Part shown: in pieces, positions 19,690 to 29,638 of the stretch | Numbering within the stretch: position 1 is the stretch's first letter | Layout of the letters: every line of letters starts with the position of its first letter | Source of the DNA: Cenarchaeum sp. | GTDB lineage: Archaea; Thermoproteota; Nitrososphaeria; Nitrososphaerales; Nitrosopumilaceae | Assembly: GCA_963692915.1 (NCBI GenBank) | Contig: OY843584.1 | Coordinates: 1,280,001-1,344,000 of the forward strand | Direction of reading: 5' to 3' | DNA length: 64,000 nt | Made by a program: the position numbers and the translations under genes | Notes under the pieces: model-generated | The model's database searches: none | Seen by the model: only the letters and a program-made list of their open reading frames with translations | Told to the model about the DNA's origin: nothing

Positions 19690-21135
19690 ATGGATGCAGC
19701 AGGAGTGATGAAGCGCCTAGGTGATGACGATATCGCGTTTATCGACTTTTGGTTTGTCGACATCATGGGCGAGCTCCACCGCATGGGAATGCCAAGCTAT
19801 GGCGTCTCTGAGGACGACTTTGAGAATGGCCTAGAAAAGCTCGACGCGAGCTCCATAGTGGGATTCGCCTCGGTCAACAAGTCAGACATGGTCATGAAGC
19901 CTGACCCCACGAGCTATTGCGTGCTCCCGCCGGACTATGACAACGGCAAGCGGCGCAACGCGAGGATGTTCTGTGACATCTATGAGGGAAGCACGGATGC
20001 GACGTCGCGCTTTAATCGCGACTCGCGCGGAATAGTGCAAAAGGCCGAGGGCGAGCTCGAAAAATATGGCGTCACGCACGCAATGTTCGGGCCGGAGATC
20101 GAGTTCTTCATCTTTGATGCGATAAACGTCTACCCCTCGCCGTATGCGGCAACGCACTCGTACGGCGGATCCGGATACTCGATCGAGTCAAAAGAGTCGC
20201 CGTGGGCAAAGGGAAACGTGAGCACTGCAATAGACCTGCGCGAGGGATACTATCCGTCGCAGCCAAAGGACACGATGGACAGCCTGCGAAAGGACATCTG
20301 CGATGACCTCCACAACTATTTTGGCGTGATGATCGAGGCCGAGCACCACGAGGTCGCCACGTCAGGCCAGAGCGAGATAAACCTGCGCTATGGCAGCATG
20401 GTCGAGATGGCAGACGCCGTAGTCACCGCAAAGAACGTCATAAAGGTAAAGGCAAAGCGCGCAGGCAAGGTCGCCACGTTCATGTCAAAGCCGATATTTG
20501 GCGACAACGCCTCGGCAATGCATACGCACCAGAGCATCTGGAACGGTGGCTCGAACCTCATGTTTGATTCCAACGACCCGATCGCGCAGCTCTCGCAGGT
20601 GGGAAGATACTATATCGGCGGCCTTCTCGACCACGCGCCGGCCCTCTGCGCGATAACAAACCCAACTACAAACTCGTACAAGCGCCTAGTGCCAAACTTT
20701 GAGGCGCCAGTCAACATATGCTGGGGCGTAGGCAACCGCTCGGCGGCCATACGCGTGCCAATGTACCTGCGCAACCAGGAGAAGAGCAAGAGGATAGAGT
20801 ACCGCGTGCCAGACCCGACTGCCAATGTCTACCTCCTAGAGGCAGCCCTCGTCCTCGCCGGCCTTGACGGCATACGCCGCAAGCTCGACCCCGGCGATCC
20901 CATATACGACAATGTCTACAAGATGAGCGCGCAGAAAAAGCGCGAGCACCGCATAGGCTCGCTGCCGACGACGCTCCGGGGCACGCTTGATGCGCTGGGC
21001 TCGGATCGCGAATTTTTGGAGCGCGTCTTTACTGCGGACTTTTTGGACGCGTACATTGCGCTAAAGTATGAAGAGTATGCGGCGTTTGCGCAGACCCCCA
21101 CGACCTGGGAGGTCTCAATGTACGCCGATGCGTGA
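19690..21135 (+). CDS. glnA: Glutamine synthetase type I
   Basis: GPEIEFF, HHEVA, TFMSKP, MHTHQS, NSYKRLVP, NRSAAIRVP, IEYRVPD. Confidence 0.97.
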   Translation: MDAAGVMKRLGDDDIAFIDFWFVDIMGELHRMGMPSYGVSEDDFENGLEKLDASSIVGFASVNKSDMVMKPDPTSYCVLPPDYDNGKRRNARMFCDIYEGSTDATSRFNRDSRGIVQKAEGELEKYGVTHAMFGPEIEFFIFDAINVYPSPYAATHSYGGSGYSIESKESPWAKGNVSTAIDLREGYYPSQPKDTMDSLRKDICDDLHNYFGVMIEAEHHEVATSGQSEINLRYGSMVEMADAVVTAKNVIKVKAKRAGKVATFMSKPIFGDNASAMHTHQSIWNGGSNLMFDSNDPIAQLSQVGRYYIGGLLDHAPALCAITNPTTNSYKRLVPNFEAPVNICWGVGNRSAAIRVPMYLRNQEKSKRIEYRVPDPTANVYLLEAALVLAGLDGIRRKLDPGDPIYDNVYKMSAQKKREHRIGSLPTTLRGTLDALGSDREFLERVFTADFLDAYIALKYEEYAAFAQTPTTWEVSMYADA

Positions 21136-21984
21136 CTATTGCCCGTGCGCGTCCATGCACGCGACCATGCCGCCGAGGCGCAGGATCGCCTCGTCAGCCT
21201 CCCTGACTGTCTCCCAGAGGAGACTGGCATCAAACGTGTACTTTTTCTTGTTTTCGTGAAACGTGTGGCCCGAGACGACGGTGCCCGAGTCATCGACTGC
21301 AAGGCGGACGTGCGCGACTCGGTTTCGGGCCTCGGCTACTGACTGGATTAGCCCCAAGAGCTCGCCATCAATGCAGCCGTCGACTGTCATGACCAGCTTT
21401 AGAAACGCCCACTTTTGCGACATCGAGAGCGACTGGTTATAGAGTGCCTCATAGCACGCCTCAAGCGTCTCGCCGCCCGGCGCGGGCCGGCCCATCGAGA
21501 GGCGCCTGATGATGCAGTCATCCATGGCGCCCTCTAGGTCGAGTGCGCGCGATATGAGCAGGCCGCGAACAAAGCGCGGGTTGCGCCAGCGCGGCGTGTC
21601 AGCTGCCATCGCGGCGAGCGTGTCGGCCGGATCGTCGGATGCCGAGATGCTGACCGTCGAGTTTGCAAGTAGGCGCGAGCGCGCGACCGGATCGAATGAC
21701 TTGCCATAGCAGAGGACATCGAGTGGGTACTGTTTTGCGATCTTGCGTATTGCTGCCTCAAATGCGGGATCGCCGGCCATCTCTGATGAGGCCGCAAGAA
21801 TGTCTGCCCTGTCCGCGCCCATGCTCGCAACTAGGCCGTCGATCGTAGCGTACTCTAGTATCGCCGGCTCTAGGCCGCGCGAGGCTAGGCTGGCCGCAAT
21901 CCTGTCGCGAAGGGCCGCGTCGTGCGAGGCGGCAAGCCACTTTAGCGTAATCGGCCTGCGTGTCTCGTCGGTCTCGCCGCCCAT
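21136..21984 (-). CDS. Hypothetical protein with C-terminal HEPN-like domain
   Basis: RNRVAH (Rx4H) is preceded by an 'RGLLISRALDLE' helix. Start estimated at the ATG at 21984. Confidence 0.55.
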   Translation of the reverse strand: MGGETDETRRPITLKWLAASHDAALRDRIAASLASRGLEPAILEYATIDGLVASMGADRADILAASSEMAGDPAFEAAIRKIAKQYPLDVLCYGKSFDPVARSRLLANSTVSISASDDPADTLAAMAADTPRWRNPRFVRGLLISRALDLEGAMDDCIIRRLSMGRPAPGGETLEACYEALYNQSLSMSQKWAFLKLVMTVDGCIDGELLGLIQSVAEARNRVAHVRLAVDDSGTVVSGHTFHENKKKYTFDASLLWETVREADEAILRLGGMVACMDAHGQ

Positions 21985-22081
21985 GGGAGAGTGCGCGCGT
22001 CGTGCGTAATTAAAGCGTGCGCACGCGCACAGCCATCGGGACACTCGTGTGGGGGCGGATCCTTGGCATTGGGCACTGGTC

Positions 22082-22318
22082 TCACTGGGGCTTCTTGACA
22101 ACCCTGACTGTAAAGCGCCTGTCCAGATATGACAGCAGAGGAGCAAGAAGGAGAAGGGCAAAGGCAATGTACAAACCCCGATCATCCTGTGACAAAAAGT
22201 TCCACACCGTGGTCGCCTCTGCGGAAAAGGGCGAGGGGACATCCACAAATGCCATAATAAGCAAAACGCCGAGTATAGCACAGACTGACGCGGACAGTGA
22301 AAGGTTTGATATGCTCAA
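22082..22318 (-). CDS. Small two-TM membrane protein
   Basis: Hydrophobic ORF that resembles the C-terminal half of 22333..22896. Confidence 0.5.
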   Translation of the reverse strand: MSISNLSLSASVCAILGVLLIMAFVDVPSPFSAEATTVWNFLSQDDRGLYIAFALLLLAPLLSYLDRRFTVRVVKKPQ

Positions 22319-22332
22319 TTTGCTACTTCAGC

Positions 22333-22896
22333 TCATCGGACGTTCAATGCGTTCTTGACGCCTCCCCATATACCACCAAGACGTGTCCGCGTGGATGGAT
22401 CGGGAGCGCGTTTCGTGGCAGGATCCTCAGATGGCCCGTTCAAGAATGTCTCTAGTTCGTCTAATTTTTCCAGTATAGTCCGGAGAGGCTGCGTGACGCA
22501 GTATATGCCAAGCGCAAGGATGCCAATGCACAACCACATTATGCCCAATTTTAGCCCCGCATGGTTATTTGTCAAGCTGTCCCACAATGTAGGCGCTCCT
22601 GCGAACAGTGGCGCAAAGACATCACTAGAGCCAATTGCCATCAGCATAATACCTGGAAGTATCCCCAGTGCGCATATGAGCTGGACAGGCGTGATCCATG
22701 GAGAGCTCTGGCTCCCAGACGGCCTCAAGGGGCACCACCGGCGAGTCTCACTGGTGGGCGCAGTTTCTGATAACCCCTGTCCCCTATATCCGACCCAACA
22801 GTCCGCATATTCATACTCGCCCCATAGTGTGCCGTATATTAATTTGTGCCGTGCAAAACGTGGTTTATGGTCTCGAAGCGACTGTAATGTGCCCAT
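22333..22896 (-). CDS. Membrane protein (true start uncertain)
   Basis: Two TM helices in the C-terminal half. The N-terminal part may be non-coding. Confidence 0.4.
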   Translation of the reverse strand: MGTLQSLRDHKPRFARHKLIYGTLWGEYEYADCWVGYRGQGLSETAPTSETRRWCPLRPSGSQSSPWITPVQLICALGILPGIMLMAIGSSDVFAPLFAGAPTLWDSLTNNHAGLKLGIMWLCIGILALGIYCVTQPLRTILEKLDELETFLNGPSEDPATKRAPDPSTRTRLGGIWGGVKNALNVR

Positions 22897-23060
22897 GTCT
22901 CAGTTTTGCAACAGTTAGGGGTTGGGAGGGGTCATCAACTTGCGAGGACTAGGATTGCGCAAGAACGCGCCGCTGAGCTCGTCACGCGTGCTCACGATAT
23001 AGTCGCGGTCTACTGACTGGTGTGTTGTGTAGGCCATGGCCATGACGGCCTCCACGCGTG

Positions 23061-23654
23061 TCATGCCGGGTCAGTAAAGTGCGCGTGTTTGGCTGTCGGA
23101 GACAGGCGTCTCACAATATCCCGTGATTTCTTAAAATGATGCAGGATGAACTGTATGTCTTGCCTAGAGATCTCGCCTGTGGAAAACATGTAAATCGCAC
23201 GATCAACGGTTGCTAGTGGTGATGTTTTGTTAGAATCTTGCACGCGAAGGTTGATGATCGAGGCCCGTATGCCATGCATATTAGTCACTATGGCACTGGC
23301 ATTTTGGGGTGTGATGGTACGAGCTCCACTATCAAACTCTGCAAGTAATAGTGAGCAATGATGAGTAGCGAGATCCAGTAAGCGATCCAATGATTGCATC
23401 TCTGTGTTTCCATAAATGTCCCTAGCAACAATAGTCTGGACTATGTGATCTACGGCTTTTCCAATCTTGCTGTTCGTGTAATAGCCGAATATTGCAAGTG
23501 CGGCACCAAGCGGCCCAATCTGTAAGAAAAGGCCCCAGAACGACGTCGTATCAACATAAAGCAATGCAAGATCGCCAATAAAGGCAACCATAACAATGGC
23601 AAATGCCACTATGCTGCCAAAGATCAGCACGCTAGCAGGTATTGTGCTGGTCAT
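23061..23654 (-). CDS. Membrane-anchored hypothetical protein
   Basis: Two N-terminal TM helices, a 4-bp overlap with the upstream gene, lower GC. Confidence 0.6.
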   Translation of the reverse strand: MTSTIPASVLIFGSIVAFAIVMVAFIGDLALLYVDTTSFWGLFLQIGPLGAALAIFGYYTNSKIGKAVDHIVQTIVARDIYGNTEMQSLDRLLDLATHHCSLLLAEFDSGARTITPQNASAIVTNMHGIRASIINLRVQDSNKTSPLATVDRAIYMFSTGEISRQDIQFILHHFKKSRDIVRRLSPTAKHAHFTDPA

Positions 23655-24220
23655 CTGCAGTTACCTCCACGGTAAGAGCTTGACATGGGAAGAAACGTGT
23701 CCTTTATCTCGTCGTATATGCCGATGATATAGTCTGGGTCGACTGACAGGTATCGCAATTCGGCCAATCGAAGAATCCAGGTGCGCCGGTCCTGGCCGCC
23801 GGTGGGCTTTGAGTAGCCCTCGTTGACTATATCGTTGAATCGCGACAGGGACGCGGCCATCTCGATCCAGTTCCCGTCATGGTTGGCGGCGAACCTGCGA
23901 AACTCGTCGATGCGCGGCCAATAGCTGTGATCGGGCGGAGGTGCGGCGAGTGCGTCGTCGATATAGTTAAGATCGCCGCACAGACCCAATGCGCACGGAC
24001 CCTCCTCAAAGAGTGAATACATGTACTCTAGTCCGGGATGGCCAAAGTGCCTCATCGCAAAGTACGCAAGGTGCTGCACCCTTTTGCTTGCCCTGAGGTC
24101 CGGCTCTACGACAGGCCTATTGCCGTCTATGATGCCCTCATCGCAGAGGAGCCTGACGAACGGGGCGAGATCCGGGCTATAGGCGACCTTTGGTCTTTGC
24201 GGCATCATGTCTGCGCCCAT
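23651..24220 (-). CDS. Putative Panacea/SocA (DUF4065)/YwgA-like antitoxin-domain protein
   Basis: KRVQHLAYF...YMYSLFEEGPC..L..DL resembles the KLQKLxY...GP signature. Confidence 0.5.
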   Translation of the reverse strand: MGADMMPQRPKVAYSPDLAPFVRLLCDEGIIDGNRPVVEPDLRASKRVQHLAYFAMRHFGHPGLEYMYSLFEEGPCALGLCGDLNYIDDALAAPPPDHSYWPRIDEFRRFAANHDGNWIEMAASLSRFNDIVNEGYSKPTGGQDRRTWILRLAELRYLSVDPDYIIGIYDEIKDTFLPMSSSYRGGNCR

Positions 24221-24348
24221 GGGCGCATGCGAACGCGGTACGCCATATTACTGTTAACTGTGGTATGACTTTAAGCGTAGATTTGGCCGACTCGTGCCTA
24301 GATCGCCTGGCCAGGTTTAAATACCACATACTTAAGAGGGTCGTCATT

Positions 24349-25344
24349 ATGGTTGCCCAAGGCATACGCGCCAAAGAATCCTGCCCACGTTGCGCAAAGG
24401 GCAAGCTCGTCACGGACAACGAGTCTGGCGAGCTCTTTTGCTCAAAGTGCGGCTATGTGATAACCGAAAAGATTGAGGAGTCCGGTCCGGAGTGGCGCTC
24501 GTTCACGCAGGATGACCACGGTGACAGGGCACGCGCCGGCGCGCCAACGTCACTCACGATGCACGACATGGGCCTTGCCACGATAATAAATCCCGTCAAC
24601 AAGGACGCATCAGGCCGTCCGCTTGCCGCATCGATGAAGTCCACGATCGAGCGCCTCCGCACATGGGACAGCCGTAGCCAGGTTCACGAGCCAGTCGACC
24701 GCAACTTTAGGCAGGCATTCTCGGAGCTCAACCGCCTAAAGGACAAGCTCGCGATATCAGATGCCGTGATCGAAAAGGCAGCATACATTTACAGGAAAGC
24801 ACTGGAGAAGGGACTCGTTCGCGGCAGGTCAATATCCGCACTCATGGCATCTGCGCTGTATGCGGCATGCCGCGACACGGCGACGCCGCGAAACCTAAAG
24901 GATGTGGAACACGCGGCGAACATAAAGCGAAAGGACATTGCGCGCTGCTACCGCCTCCTCGTAAAGGAGCTCGACCTAAAGATGCCCGTGACTGACTCTG
25001 TCCAGTGCGTCTCGCGCATCGCAAGCAAGATCGGCATTGCCGAAAAGACAAAGCGCCACGCGACTAATGTCCTAAAGCAGGCAAAAAAGAACGAGGTCTC
25101 CGCCGGCAAGGATCCGATGGGCCTGGCAGCGGCCGCACTGTACCTTGCGTGCGTAAAGAACAACGAGGACAAGACGCAGCGCGACATTGCCGAGGCGGCA
25201 AACGTGACAGAGGTGACGATACGCAACCGCTACAAGGGCCTAAAGCAGTCGATCGACGAGGCCGAGGGCGTCTCTGGGGACACTGACGCAAAGAAATCCA
25301 CGCCGGCCAAGGCAAAAAAGGACGACAAAGGCAACGACAAGTGA
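24349..25344 (+). CDS. tfb: Transcription initiation factor IIB
   Basis: CPRC/CSKCG zinc ribbon, GPEWRSF, two cyclin repeats, TEVTIRNRYK. Confidence 0.97.
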   Translation: MVAQGIRAKESCPRCAKGKLVTDNESGELFCSKCGYVITEKIEESGPEWRSFTQDDHGDRARAGAPTSLTMHDMGLATIINPVNKDASGRPLAASMKSTIERLRTWDSRSQVHEPVDRNFRQAFSELNRLKDKLAISDAVIEKAAYIYRKALEKGLVRGRSISALMASALYAACRDTATPRNLKDVEHAANIKRKDIARCYRLLVKELDLKMPVTDSVQCVSRIASKIGIAEKTKRHATNVLKQAKKNEVSAGKDPMGLAAAALYLACVKNNEDKTQRDIAEAANVTEVTIRNRYKGLKQSIDEAEGVSGDTDAKKSTPAKAKKDDKGNDK

Positions 25345-25399
25345 GGCGTGCCGGCGCATTTTTGGCGTACACGATTTCTGCAATTCTGTGTCTCTATAT

Positions 25400-26842
25400 C
25401 TAGACTGACTTTGGCGGAAAGCCAGACTCCTCGGTCTCGGCGTCCTCCTTCGGCTTTGGCGCATCAGGCTCTGGCGTGACAAAGCCGCCCTCATCGGGGT
25501 CAGGCGGTGGTATCTTTTTTGCGCCAGCAAGGCCCACAGTCGTGATTATGACCGTCGAGAGTATGACAAAAAATGCGACTTGCGGATAGGCCTCGGCGTT
25601 TGGCAGGCCGTACGTCAGGGGCAGCGTGGCGAGGACTGCGGCGGCGAGGCCGCGCGGGATCATGACAGAGGTAACCTTGCGATCAAGCCTTGAAAAGCTG
25701 TTCAAGAGTATGACGCGCGCCAGGATTATGCGCGCAATGTATATCGCCACTGCTGCGGCGATCCCAAAGGCCGCAAGGCGCCAGTCGCCAAAGCTCGCCA
25801 ATAGGCCCACAAAGACGAAAAAGAACGCGCGCACGAGAAACGTCAGCTGGTTGTGCATCGAGTCATCGCGCTCTATGGGAGGCATCTTGAAGCGAAAGAG
25901 GCGCGCAATGCGATCCTTGTTGCCCAGGAGAATTCCAAAGACGAGGGCCGTGAGCGCGCCGGACTCGCCGAGCGTGTTGGCCAGGAAAAAGAGGAAAAAG
26001 AGGACGCCTAGCGTGAGCATGTACCCGTGGCGCGCGTTTGCAAGCTTTGCCGTGATGAACAGCCATGGCAGTCCGACGACGAGGCCCAGTGACAGCCCGA
26101 CTGCAAGATTGTGGGCGACTGACTGGGTCAGGCCCTCTATGGTCAACGAGTTGGCCATTATCGCGCCAAACATGATAAAGGCGATGATGGTTGAGAGTAT
26201 GTCAGTTATTGCCGACTCGAATGACAGCATATTCTTTGCGCTCTCAGAGATGCGCAGGTTGCGCACGAGGCCAAAGACGATTACAGAGCTAGAGCCGCCG
26301 ACTATGGAGCCCAGGAGAATGCTGCTGTACCAGTCCCAGTCAAGCACAAAGTGTGCCAGTACCGTGACGATAAACACCGAGATGACAAATCCAATAACGG
26401 CGAGTAGTATCGCAAAGTGAGCCGTGCGGATCATGTGCTTTAGGTCGAGGTTTAGGCCGCCGTCAAACATGATGATGATGAGCGCAATGGCCGCAAAGTA
26501 TGGCACTATCTGCGTGACAATGTCAGGCTGGATTATGCCAAGGATTGGCCCAAAGATGACGCCGAGCATCATCAGAAAGGCGACATCGGGTATTCCCGTC
26601 TTTTTAAAGAACGTCTCGCCTATAACTCCAAAGAATATCGTGACTGCAGCCGCAAGGAGGACGACGGGTGCCGAGGCGATTCCCGCGTCGCTTCCAGAGA
26701 ACGCGGCAAAGGCCTCCTGCAGCCTAGAGACCGCACCGGCGAGCGGTTCGATTCCCGTCGAGTTGGTCAGCTCGCCGGCCGCCGAGAGTGCCCTCTCGAC
26801 TAGGCCGTCGCCTACGGCTAGGGCCACAAAGGGCACGTTCAT
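25400..26842 (-). CDS. Cation:proton antiporter (NhaP/CPA1)
   Basis: FDGGL, FESAITD, PRGLAAAVLA and many TM helices. Confidence 0.92.
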   Translation of the reverse strand: MNVPFVALAVGDGLVERALSAAGELTNSTGIEPLAGAVSRLQEAFAAFSGSDAGIASAPVVLLAAAVTIFFGVIGETFFKKTGIPDVAFLMMLGVIFGPILGIIQPDIVTQIVPYFAAIALIIIMFDGGLNLDLKHMIRTAHFAILLAVIGFVISVFIVTVLAHFVLDWDWYSSILLGSIVGGSSSVIVFGLVRNLRISESAKNMLSFESAITDILSTIIAFIMFGAIMANSLTIEGLTQSVAHNLAVGLSLGLVVGLPWLFITAKLANARHGYMLTLGVLFFLFFLANTLGESGALTALVFGILLGNKDRIARLFRFKMPPIERDDSMHNQLTFLVRAFFFVFVGLLASFGDWRLAAFGIAAAVAIYIARIILARVILLNSFSRLDRKVTSVMIPRGLAAAVLATLPLTYGLPNAEAYPQVAFFVILSTVIITTVGLAGAKKIPPPDPDEGGFVTPEPDAPKPKEDAETEESGFPPKSV

Positions 26843-26937
26843 GCGCCACGCGCGCCCCGCGTGCGCTTAAAAGGTGCCCGTGTCAAGAGTTGGAGCGCGA
26901 CGGGTTATAACGGAGAGAGTGTGCACGTCGCGCGGCA

Positions 26938-27492
26938 ATGGGAGCAACTGACCTCCTGCGCGAGGACCACCGCCTAGCCTGGCGCCTTGAGGCCGTTATC
27001 GTGTCATGCTGCGAGCGCCTCGAGGGGGGCCGCGACGTTCCGCTAGATGACATTGAGGCGATCTCGGGTGTCATTGACGGCTTTTTGGACAGCGTGCATC
27101 ACGCGCGCGAGGAGGGGACGTACTTTGCGTGCGTCGGCGCGTACGGGATGGGTGCGGACATTCGCAAGTTTCTCATAGAGCACGAGTTTGCGCGTCGCGT
27201 TGCCGCAAAGGTCGCCCATCACGTCTCGCGCTGGCGGGCCGGCGAGGACAGTCGCGAGCCTGTCACGAGGTTTCTGCGCGCGTATGCGGTATTCCTGCGC
27301 GACCACATGACAAAGGAGGAGGCGTTCTTTGAGGAGGCCGAGGCGGCCCTCTCTGCCGAGGAGGAGGCCGAGATGAAGGAGTATCTAGTGTCTGTGGCCT
27401 CTGACGCAAGGACGGTCCGGCGCGCCGAGGCCGAGATTGCAGCACTCGAGGTGGCCGGATGGAATTGCGCCGTGGGTGGCGAGCCAGAATAG
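26938..27492 (+). CDS. Hemerythrin-domain protein
   Basis: LREDH, HHAREE, EH, HMTKEE. Confidence 0.88.
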   Translation: MGATDLLREDHRLAWRLEAVIVSCCERLEGGRDVPLDDIEAISGVIDGFLDSVHHAREEGTYFACVGAYGMGADIRKFLIEHEFARRVAAKVAHHVSRWRAGEDSREPVTRFLRAYAVFLRDHMTKEEAFFEEAEAALSAEEEAEMKEYLVSVASDARTVRRAEAEIAALEVAGWNCAVGGEPE

Positions 27493-27602
27493 CGATCTCT
27501 TGTGCGGTGCGATCTAGGGTTGGTTACAATCTATGGTAATTCTGGGATGATTGTGCTCGAGATCTAACGTGAGCTTTATTAGAAGGCGCTTGGAGCGACA
27601 GT

Positions 27603-28095
27603 ATGTTGACGATCAGGCGGATTCGGTCAGATCACATAGACTTGCGACTAATCAAGTGTGGTGAAACGGAGGCAAGGCAGGCCGAGATCAATGTCGGTCT
27701 TGATGAATTAACGTCTAGCATTGTCAGATATGGTCTTCTAAATCCCGTCTTGCTAGTGGAACACGGAAAAAACGAAACTTATGAGCTAATAGTTGGCCAA
27801 AGGAGACTTTTGGCGTATCAAAATCTAGCAGAAACGGATCAAAGTTATTCAAAAATTCATGCGACCATATATGAAAACACCATGGAAGAGTGGGAAAAGA
27901 GAGCCATCTCGATCAGCTCAAACATCACGCAAGAGCCATTGAAGGAGATAGACAAGATAAACGCCATCACGGCAGTTTACAGCCACTTTGACAGAAATAT
28001 TCCAGAGATGGCCAGAACAGCCTGACTGCCGCCTGATATGTTGGGGAGGCACGTCAAATGCGTAAGGTTGCCAAGGCGAATTGGTTGGCCAGAGG
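27603..28095 (+). pseudogene. ParB/Srx-domain protein, truncated by a stop codon in the HTH
   Basis: SIVRYGLLNP and YELIVGQRRLLA are present. TGA at 28023-28025 is followed in frame by LPPDMLGRHVKCVRLP, the expected continuation of the HTH. Confidence 0.7.
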
Positions 28096-28223
28096 CGCCA
28101 AAAAGCTCAGTCATTGTGCGTGAGGGTAGCGCGATTTAACGAGTTATTGTACAACATGCCACCTAAACATACTTCCAAGACAACGTCAATAACTCTATAA
28201 GGGTTAAAACGTCGCAGGCTCGC

Positions 28224-28391
28224 GTGAGAGACAAGCTCGGAGACCGTCCCTACGACGTCATCAAGGAGAGCGGCAAGTACACACTGCGGTTTTTCCCGCA
28301 GACGCCCAACGCAAAAAACCCCGACACAGTGCTCTTTAGAGTGACCCTCTCAAAGGACGATCTCAAAAAGCTCTGCAAGCTGTCAGGCTAG
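28224..28391 (+). CDS. Small hypothetical protein (55 aa, 5' end possibly truncated)
   Basis: Open frame VRDKLGDRPYDVIKESGKYTLRFFPQ...LSG* with host-like codon usage, below the ORF-track cutoff. Confidence 0.45.
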   Translation: MRDKLGDRPYDVIKESGKYTLRFFPQTPNAKNPDTVLFRVTLSKDDLKKLCKLSG

Positions 28392-28405
28392 ACGCTGAGT
28401 CTGCC

Positions 28406-29482
28406 ATGCAGGATATCGACTCTATCGAGTGGGAGGGCAGCACCGATGATGATCTCGAGTTTATCAAGATGTTCGGCTCGTTTGCGCGTGGCAAGATGTC
28501 AAGCACGTACAAGCCGGTGTTCCTAAAGTGCCTTCTCGACGTGCGCCATTATGTGTCTGGGCAAGCCAATGACAAGCTTGTAGGCAGTAAGTGGGTTCAT
28601 GTAAAAGGCGACAAGATCATTCTGGATCTAAACTTTATAGCGACACGATTCCTAAAGTATTATTGGGATATGGAGTATAGCTTCAAGTTCAAGCAGTCCA
28701 GTGATCGTCAGGATGCCAACATTCGCAGAATAGTCCAGCGTCTAGGAATAAGAAAAGACAAGAAACCGCCAACGAGGGCTCAGCTCGCAAATGACGAAAA
28801 TGCAACCCTGCGGCAAGAGGTGATACGCAAGAGCATAAAGCCCGAAGTCATGATTCACATAAAAACAAACATGGAAAATCTGTTCCAGACAGAGGGACGC
28901 TCAACGTGCATCACGCTAAACCGCAACATAATAGACTTTTTCAACAGACATTATGGCGTGGTCTCCAACATCATAAACCACAAGATGGTGACCGAGCTCG
29001 AAAAGTACAACAAGATGACTCCGCGCATAGCGACAAAGGTTAGCCATGACACCGTGATGCGCCCGACATTGCCCAAAGGGGACTCGGAGCTCATTCTGTG
29101 GAACCAGAGTGATAACCGCTGCTTTTACTGCAAGAGACCTCGCGAGCAGACCCACTTTGACCATGTGATTCCCTTCAACTATGTCTATTCCAATGACATT
29201 TACAACATTGTCGCCTCTTGCCAAAAATGCAACTGTGCCAAGCATGATAGGCTCCCCGAAGAGGATCTGTTTGGGCTGGTGATAGACCGCAACAGTGACC
29301 TAGAGTCCATAGTCAGAGAGCACTCCCTAGGAACCACCGATATCGTGAGCGAGATGGACTTTGGGAGGGCGCTCTCTGGCATGAGCGAGTACACAGAGGA
29401 CCAGTACAGGGCGCTCTATGACAGCTGTGCGGCAACGTACAGCGGGCGCGAAAAGTTCAGGCCAGACCTGATCGCAGGCTAG
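28406..29482 (+). CDS. HNH endonuclease with N-terminal 'TYK' helical domain
   Basis: KMSSTYKPVFLKCLLD; CFYC...DHVIP...N...CQKCN..K. Confidence 0.85.
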   Translation: MQDIDSIEWEGSTDDDLEFIKMFGSFARGKMSSTYKPVFLKCLLDVRHYVSGQANDKLVGSKWVHVKGDKIILDLNFIATRFLKYYWDMEYSFKFKQSSDRQDANIRRIVQRLGIRKDKKPPTRAQLANDENATLRQEVIRKSIKPEVMIHIKTNMENLFQTEGRSTCITLNRNIIDFFNRHYGVVSNIINHKMVTELEKYNKMTPRIATKVSHDTVMRPTLPKGDSELILWNQSDNRCFYCKRPREQTHFDHVIPFNYVYSNDIYNIVASCQKCNCAKHDRLPEEDLFGLVIDRNSDLESIVREHSLGTTDIVSEMDFGRALSGMSEYTEDQYRALYDSCAATYSGREKFRPDLIAG

Positions 29483-29638
29483 GCTGCCGGACAGGCGATG
29501 GCCCCCGTTCCCCACACGTCCCATGGCGCGCCTGATCGCAGGCTGTCTCACAGATCGCCTGTTGGGAGCATTTTGGGCGACCGTATTTAAGAAAAGCCAC
29601 GATCCAACTAAATAGCCCCAGGTTTCCGATCCGTCGAG

